From positions 1 through 50,451 of the IMG/VR virus record IMGVR_UViG_3300031519_005637: DNA of 50,451 bases. The stretch is one strand, 5' to 3'. Shown piece by piece: positions 44,823 to 50,451 of the stretch (position 1 is its first letter; every line of letters begins with the position of its first letter). Source of the stretch: a virus. Taxonomy: Duplodnaviria > Caudoviricetes. The position numbers and the translations under genes were made by a program. The notes beneath the pieces were generated by a model. It saw only the letters and a list, made by a program, of their open reading frames with translations. It did no database searches and was not told the DNA's origin.

Positions 44823-45626
44823 ATGGCAACATCGGAAGAAAGAAAAGAACTAGTAGAAGAACTTAAAGGCCCGCATTACTACAGAATTACAGTAAATGGC
44901 TACGGTGGCGAGACTGTGTTTGTAACGATATCAAAAGAAGCAAGAGAATGGTGGGCTGAGGTTACTGGCGAACACGGCGATGGTGACTTAGTACAATATT
45001 GTATCGGTAGTGAAGAATGGACTGCTGATGAAATCACCAGTGGTAAATCAGACATTGAGTTTGATAATATTTTTGCAGAAGATATACCTCAACACGCATT
45101 ATTCTTACACGACCCTAAGGAGCCAGAAGCAACTGGATCTCCTTGGTACGAAGCAGCGGGTGAGAAATTCCACAATAACAACGTAGAATGTAATAGCGCA
45201 TATATGACTATTGAAAAAGTAGACGGTGCGGAGTATGATTCTAAATATCTTAAAGATATAATCGATGGCGAAGGCATTAACGATTTTGTACAACGTATCG
45301 GAGATGCTACAGATTGGGAAATTGAATCACAAATTGGTTTATCAGAAACAACTGATTATAACGGCGATGCACGAACTTGGGAATCAATGGACAAAGGCGA
45401 CCAAGTATTTCAATTCCATTCAGCAGAAAAGGGTACATTCTTTGAAGCCTGTCTAGAAACTCCAGGATTGTTTGATGAAACAAAATTAAAAGTAATTGTT
45501 GATGAAGACGCTGCCGGTAATGACTTAGTATGGGGATTTACATACGATGGTGAAGAAATTGACAACGAAGGCGGCGGTGATACTAATGGCAAAGGATACT
45601 ATGCTTGGGTGTGGGAACAACTCTAA
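44823..45626 (+). CDS. Highly acidic hypothetical protein
   Basis: 267 aa, D/E-rich; GYGGE, SAEKGTFF. Confidence 0.8.
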   Translation: MATSEERKELVEELKGPHYYRITVNGYGGETVFVTISKEAREWWAEVTGEHGDGDLVQYCIGSEEWTADEITSGKSDIEFDNIFAEDIPQHALFLHDPKEPEATGSPWYEAAGEKFHNNNVECNSAYMTIEKVDGAEYDSKYLKDIIDGEGINDFVQRIGDATDWEIESQIGLSETTDYNGDARTWESMDKGDQVFQFHSAEKGTFFEACLETPGLFDETKLKVIVDEDAAGNDLVWGFTYDGEEIDNEGGGDTNGKGYYAWVWEQL

Positions 45627-46048
45627 TTAAGCAGTATGGATTTTATATCTTTAGATGAGTGTACGGTGGTTTGTATAAAACTACTTAAAAACACAAAATG
45701 TTTAGCAAGCACAGGAAATAATTCATCATTCATTGTGCTTGCTATGTCATACGAAGACGAGCCAATATCTTGATAAAATTTAAGATTGATACCACTACGT
45801 TTTTTATACTCAGGAAATACTCCGCTTACAAACAAACAAGTATCACCAAGTTCTTTTGCTTGATGACTAGATTTAATTGTAAGGAACATCTCAGTAAATG
45901 TTAAGTCAGGTGGAATGTCATCGCGATCAACGAAGTCAGTTAATAACATTACAATGTACGCTTCAATATGATGCGGCAAGTCGTAACCAGTTGAAGATTG
46001 TGTATTCTTCACAACATCATAGAAGGCCGAGTAGTAAGCATCCTTCAT
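45623..46048 (-). CDS. Hypothetical protein
   Basis: Start MKDAYY 5 nt after TAAATA; AKELGDTCLFVSGVFP. Confidence 0.7.
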   Translation of the reverse strand: MKDAYYSAFYDVVKNTQSSTGYDLPHHIEAYIVMLLTDFVDRDDIPPDLTFTEMFLTIKSSHQAKELGDTCLFVSGVFPEYKKRSGINLKFYQDIGSSSYDIASTMNDELFPVLAKHFVFLSSFIQTTVHSSKDIKSILLN

Positions 46049-46060
46049 ATAAATATTTAT
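46049..46060. promoter_or_regulatory. Palindromic bidirectional late box
   Basis: ATAAATATTTAT gives TAAATA on both strands between divergent genes. Confidence 0.6.
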
Positions 46061-46079
46061 CACAAAGAGGAACACCCAA

Positions 46080-46304
46080 ATGAGCGAAGAACAAAAAGCA
46101 TTTATATATAAAGTAGAAGATATTTTTGAAGACATCCCCGATGATCCAAAAAATATGAATATGACAATACCTCCAGAAATAATGGAGAAAGTAGGTCTTA
46201 AAGAAGGTGACACTATCAAAATTTCGTATGGAGATCAAGGCACTATAATCTTTGAAAAAGTAGACAAAAAGGAGACAAATGAAAAAGAAGAAACAGGGGA
46301 CTAA
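46080..46304 (+). CDS. AbrB/MazE-like small DNA-binding protein
   Basis: [19 protein letters not shown]. Confidence 0.75.
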   Translation: MSEEQKAFIYKVEDIFEDIPDDPKNMNMTIPPEIMEKVGLKEGDTIKISYGDQGTIIFEKVDKKETNEKEETGD

Positions 46305-46524
46305 TACAGCACCTGACAAAGGACTTTTAGAGTTCGAAGGGTCTATTATAGATGTTTTACCTAACCAAATGTTTAAGGTTGAACTCGATAATGGACATAT
46401 GATAACTGCATACACTGGTGGCAAGATGCGCCAATACAGAATAAGATTAGTACACAGCGACCGAGTAAAAGTAGAAATAAGCCCATACGATCTGTCCAAA
46501 GGACGAATAACTTACCGAAATTAA
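46279..46524 (+). CDS. infA: Translation initiation factor IF-1
   Basis: EG...[40 protein letters not shown]. Confidence 0.95.
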   Translation: MKKKKQGTNTAPDKGLLEFEGSIIDVLPNQMFKVELDNGHMITAYTGGKMRQYRIRLVHSDRVKVEISPYDLSKGRITYRN

Positions 46525-46535
46525 CATCATTATAC

Positions 46536-46564
46536 TTGACATTCTAGTACTCTGATTGTATAAT
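46536..46564 (+). promoter_or_regulatory. Sigma70-like promoter
   Basis: TTGACA-N17-TATAAT. Confidence 0.8.
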
Positions 46565-46596
46565 ATATATATAACTTAAACAAATAAGGGTAATAT

Positions 46597-47031
46597 ATGT
46601 TTATTGAAGTCACTGGCGGCAAAGAATATCAGCGTAAACGTGTACAAAGCATTGCTGAGTTCTGTGTTGAGACACTTATGCCACGTATGCGTACCCTTGA
46701 AGTTACTATAACATTGAAAAAGCCTAAGGGTGCTATGGGCTATTGTCTAGAGCTTGACAATAATCGCGAGTTTGAATTAGAAATTGATAAGACACAACCA
46801 CTTCGCAAATTGCTAGAAACTGTAGCACACGAAATGGTACACGTTAAACAATTTGCTCGAAGAGAACTGCACCCTGCAAATGATACTTGGTATGGTAAAA
46901 CATATAATCCTAAAAAAGTAAGCTACTGGGATCTTCCTTGGGAGATAGAAGCACACGGCCGCGAGGTTGGACTGTTTGTACGCTGGTGTGAAGCAAACGA
47001 CCTAGGAAATTACAGTTGGGCGCAGGTATAA
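46597..47031 (+). CDS. Zincin metallopeptidase-like protein
   Basis: AHEMVHVKQ (HExxH) and PWEIEA. Confidence 0.85.
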   Translation: MFIEVTGGKEYQRKRVQSIAEFCVETLMPRMRTLEVTITLKKPKGAMGYCLELDNNREFELEIDKTQPLRKLLETVAHEMVHVKQFARRELHPANDTWYGKTYNPKKVSYWDLPWEIEAHGREVGLFVRWCEANDLGNYSWAQV

Positions 47032-47041
47032 TAAATACAGT

Positions 47042-48442
47042 ATGAGATATATAGAAATGGTAACACCTAGAAAAACAGAAATAGCACTTTATAAAGCTGC
47101 CCAGGCTCACCTCCTTTCGAAAGGACTTAACGCAGGGAATCACCAAAAATCAAAAGTGACGAATGTTACGCATATTAGAATTCAGAACAGTCTTAAAGAC
47201 ATTGAAAATGTTGTTAGGCAAATGAAAGTTGATTTGCATTATGATAACGTACCAAGTCTATCAAGCAAGTATACAGATGAATTTGCAATTACATTCCCTA
47301 AGGGATATGAAGTTGAAGAACTTGCTGGACAAACTATATATGCACTAAGTAAGTTAGTAGGCGATACTAAAGTTTCTCAAAAGCAACTTATTCCAGCAAA
47401 ACTTGGATTAGGCAGTGAAGTATATAAAAAGTCTACTCTAGTATCAGCACTACAAAAAAATATTCCTAACGCAGTAGAAGACAAGTTATTACAGCAATTC
47501 CTGCTAGAACTTGTTGACGTTGCTATTGGTAAGAAACCTGCTGTTGATCCTGAGATAATGGAGCAACTAAATCCAGACACTGTTCGAATAACAGGAATTG
47601 ATTTTGGTGAGATTCTAACTCCATTACTGCTATCAGACGATCAGGATGATATTGTATTTCCTGCAGGCAATGCAATGTTAGCAGATGTTGAGATCAACGG
47701 ACGTCCATATAGTGTAAAAAGTGCTAGTGGAAGCGGAACAAGTTTTAAAGCTATTAAGAGTTATATGGATTCTTTTCAAGCAGGACTAAAAAACGGTGAA
47801 GTTGTTCTTTCGCAAGAAGAACAAGATATACATAAATTTTTTAGAACTTTTGTAGATACTGATGGAACAAATATTGATAAAATTATTGCTGCCAGTCAAG
47901 CAGTAAATACTCCCGAACACCAAAAGTTAGAACAAGTAACCGGCAAGAAAGACTTTTCTTACGCAGACTTAATAGAATATAGTAAAAACTTTGATAGTTA
48001 CAAAAGTTTCCTTAAAACCATCTATCCTGTAAGTACAGCAGGAAATTATAAAATTAAAGATAAAGATAGACCAAACGGACTTCCTGCAGACTATCAATTT
48101 TATATGGGACTAACTGATAAGAAACCAAAGTCTAAGCAAGCAGGGAAACCAAGTTGGGATGCCAATCAAGGTAAAGCTGGAGCCAATATACTTGTATATG
48201 TTTTGGGCACTAGTTTCCTAGCAGATGCTAGAAAATTAGAAAAGACAGAAAAATACGGTGCATTAATTAAGCAAATACTTGGTAAAGTAAATGCAAGTCT
48301 TGCAAAAATTGATATAACAATGGCTGGCAAAATAACCATAAAGCAAACTAGATTCGACCAATTAAATTATGCTTTCCAATATCACGCACCTAGCCACATA
48401 CCGGGCAATAATCTACCAGGATTTACACTAGTTTTAGATTAA
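47042..48442 (+). CDS. Late protein with restriction-endonuclease-like (PD-(D/E)XK) motifs
   Basis: DFGE...FP..N.MLAD...YSVK; TAAATA upstream; fold inferred. Confidence 0.5.
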   Translation: MRYIEMVTPRKTEIALYKAAQAHLLSKGLNAGNHQKSKVTNVTHIRIQNSLKDIENVVRQMKVDLHYDNVPSLSSKYTDEFAITFPKGYEVEELAGQTIYALSKLVGDTKVSQKQLIPAKLGLGSEVYKKSTLVSALQKNIPNAVEDKLLQQFLLELVDVAIGKKPAVDPEIMEQLNPDTVRITGIDFGEILTPLLLSDDQDDIVFPAGNAMLADVEINGRPYSVKSASGSGTSFKAIKSYMDSFQAGLKNGEVVLSQEEQDIHKFFRTFVDTDGTNIDKIIAASQAVNTPEHQKLEQVTGKKDFSYADLIEYSKNFDSYKSFLKTIYPVSTAGNYKIKDKDRPNGLPADYQFYMGLTDKKPKSKQAGKPSWDANQGKAGANILVYVLGTSFLADARKLEKTEKYGALIKQILGKVNASLAKIDITMAGKITIKQTRFDQLNYAFQYHAPSHIPGNNLPGFTLVLD

Positions 48443-48449
48443 ATAATAC

Positions 48450-48502
48450 TTGACATCTACCGTATAGATGCTATAATAATAGTATAAGCAATAATGCTTA
48501 TA
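48450..48502 (+). promoter_or_regulatory. Sigma70-like promoter with two inverted repeats
   Basis: TTGACA-N16-TATAAT; CATCTA-N5-TAGATG and TATAAGCA-N4-TGCTTATA. Confidence 0.6.
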
Positions 48503-48534
48503 TTAAAATATAGACAGAGACTCGGAGAGTAATA

Positions 48535-49512
48535 ATGTCAAAGAATAAGCTATCACTAGCACCATTCGATCCGTCCGCCGGACGCAAAGATCGCACTGTA
48601 AACATCAAAAAAGTTGCACGTTTAGTTGAACAACGTACAGGCAAAGTAAAGCCTTGTAACGATGACCCCGAAGCAATGATGAAATTTGATTGGGTAGAAC
48701 CAGACTTTGCATTTATTAACTATGTACGCCAACGTTATCCAGAACCATCACAAGTTAAAAAACTAGATAAAAAATGGAAAACGTATGTAATAACTCCACT
48801 ACAAGCAAGAAAAGATAGTAATGGACACTTTTACATAGCAGACGGACAACAGCACGGCGTTTGTTATATCCTTAAATTTCCTGGAAAACGTATTCCTATC
48901 TTCTACTATGAAAGTGACGATCCAAATGTAGAATCCGAAATGTTGCTGGCACTGAATACAGACTCTATGCCAATGGCAAGATATTTTATTCACGATCAAC
49001 AAGTCCAAATGGGACATAAACTTCCAATTGCAATTGAAGCAACTGTACGCAAAGCAGATTGTGAAATGGGCTACAAAATTAAACGTCCAGGTGCAATTAC
49101 ACACATTACAGACTTGTACATTGCAGAACAAGACTACGGCCTAGAAGCATTATACAAAGTACTTGTTAAGTATCGTTTGTACTGGCCAAATGAACAAATC
49201 AAAACTGCAACTATGATGGGCTTTCTTAAAGTTAAATTTCTAATGGAACAAGCAGGAGTATTTACTGACGAGTTGTTTGACGATGTATTTGCTGAATGTG
49301 CAGCTTTCTTCCAAAGTGCAGACAGACTGCAACTAGATATTAAAGATGAGTTTGCAATAACATATCCTACAAACTATAAAGGTATGGGTGTCAAAGAAAA
49401 GATAGCAAGCGGTATTATTAATGTATACGAAAACGCAACAAGCAAAACATTAGTTAACTCTCCGTTTATTATTAATATGCCTGCGATGGTGACTACTAAT
49501 GTTGTACCCTAA
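48535..49512 (+). CDS. ParB/Srx-like N-terminal domain protein
   Basis: RQR...FYIADGQQH, resembling the DGQHR signature. Confidence 0.65.
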   Translation: MSKNKLSLAPFDPSAGRKDRTVNIKKVARLVEQRTGKVKPCNDDPEAMMKFDWVEPDFAFINYVRQRYPEPSQVKKLDKKWKTYVITPLQARKDSNGHFYIADGQQHGVCYILKFPGKRIPIFYYESDDPNVESEMLLALNTDSMPMARYFIHDQQVQMGHKLPIAIEATVRKADCEMGYKIKRPGAITHITDLYIAEQDYGLEALYKVLVKYRLYWPNEQIKTATMMGFLKVKFLMEQAGVFTDELFDDVFAECAAFFQSADRLQLDIKDEFAITYPTNYKGMGVKEKIASGIINVYENATSKTLVNSPFIINMPAMVTTNVVP

Positions 49513-49894
49513 GTATAATAAAGACACTTATCATACCCGAGAGTTATATCGTAAAGTATGTGCAACAGGCGACCTTAGGGTCGTTTGGGCTCATAAGAAT
49601 TCTCAAAAGTGGGGAGTAGATTACAATACATATCTGAACCTTTGTGAAATACATTGTAGTTGTTGCGGTAGTACTTTGGACTACGGATTAGGTAAAAACA
49701 ACACTAACAAAGCAGACATTAATACACCTAGTACTGATCATAAGATTCCTCGTTCGTTAGGCGGAACAAATGATATTGAGAATCTGTGGATTATTTGCAA
49801 CAAATGTAATACCTTAAAGAACAATGCAACACACGAAGACATACAACGATACGAGAATATTATTAAAATGCTCAAAGAAACTAAAACAGGTTGA
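49499..49894 (+). CDS. HNH endonuclease
   Basis: CxxC, DHKIPRSLGGTN..NL..ICNKCN..K. Confidence 0.92.
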   Translation: MLYPKYNKDTYHTRELYRKVCATGDLRVVWAHKNSQKWGVDYNTYLNLCEIHCSCCGSTLDYGLGKNNTNKADINTPSTDHKIPRSLGGTNDIENLWIICNKCNTLKNNATHEDIQRYENIIKMLKETKTG

Positions 49895-49919
49895 CATTTT
49901 TGTAGTTCTGTTGTATAAT
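49891..49919 (+). promoter_or_regulatory. Sigma70-like promoter
   Basis: TTGACA-N17-TATAAT. Confidence 0.8.
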
Positions 49920-49952
49920 ATATATAATTAGGCAAACGGATAGAGGCACACA

Positions 49953-50451
49953 ATGGTATCGAAGTTTAAACAAGATGAAATTACGTTTGAATTACGTCAC
50001 GAGACGAAAGGTAGAGTTCCGTTGAAAACAGTTCCTACACAAGAAGCACTTGCTATGGCAGTTGCGGCACAGCGTATTAACGGTGCTTATATAAAAGACA
50101 CTAGACGCTTTTCTGAAGTAGAAAATAAAACACAATTTGCTAACAAAGAGATTGTAAAGTTTGCATATCACGGTGATCCATCTTATTTGCCTACGGACTA
50201 TGTACGTCCTGTGCCAACAGAAGAAGACTATGTTCAAGTAGCCGAAATCCAAAAGTGGATGCGTCGATACGTAATGCTTGGGCTAGGCGACTTAGACGAC
50301 TTTAAGAAAGATATGATTGGGGCCGTAGTACAAGATACTGTACCTGTAAACAATCTAGGACGGGTTGCATTTATTCCAGAGTTTGTAAAGCGTGACCAAC
50401 ACGAAAGCGGATTGAAGAAAGAAATCCGTGTAGAATATAGAAACTCCCAAT
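49953..50451 (+). CDS. Hypothetical protein, 3' truncated by the window end
   Basis: MVSKFKQDEITFELRHE...ALAMAVAAQRINGAY; open to the end; GAGG SD. Confidence 0.7.
   Translation, partial: MVSKFKQDEITFELRHETKGRVPLKTVPTQEALAMAVAAQRINGAYIKDTRRFSEVENKTQFANKEIVKFAYHGDPSYLPTDYVRPVPTEEDYVQVAEIQKWMRRYVMLGLGDLDDFKKDMIGAVVQDTVPVNNLGRVAFIPEFVKRDQHESGLKKEIRVEYRNSQ

Noticed and set aside
1-50451. Stop-codon reassignment
   Set aside because: Known genes are full length under the standard code, and TAA, TAG and TGA all terminate genes

Overview
This ~50 kb, AT-rich, gene-dense window is best explained as part of a large T4-like (myovirus) phage genome from an aquatic setting. Several features point to an alphaproteobacterial host: a two-piece permuted tmRNA with a GGCGGUA T-loop, a DUF1127 protein, a Rhodobacter-type porin, a ROSE-like thermometer and a HemO-PcyX pair. 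Two promoter classes recur: sigma70-like TTGACA-N17-TATAAT/TATACT and a late-type (TA)TAAATA box. Content: (i) nucleotide, redox and chaperone auxiliary genes (prs, nrdAB, grx, guaC, NifU-C, Prx5, groES, hsp20, clpS, heme oxygenase plus bilin reductase); (ii) translation functions (tmRNA, bS21, IF-1); (iii) many envelope proteins (PiT-like and DUF401 permeases, two beta-barrels, lipoproteins, three wall hydrolases); (iv) a late cluster of probable head-packaged proteins sharing an N-terminal M-[RK]-h-x-E-h motif; (v) a curli (CsgF/CsgG/curlin) - FecR - CHASE2 adenylate cyclase locus. The most interesting candidates are the curli-FecR-cyclase trans-envelope signalling module, a textbook -1 frameshift cassette in a scaffold-like head gene, probable virion-delivered NTase, ligase and nuclease enzymes, and a triple CAAAG-loop RNA leader over a DUF1127 small-protein operon. 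All family calls come from motif recognition by eye; no searches were run.
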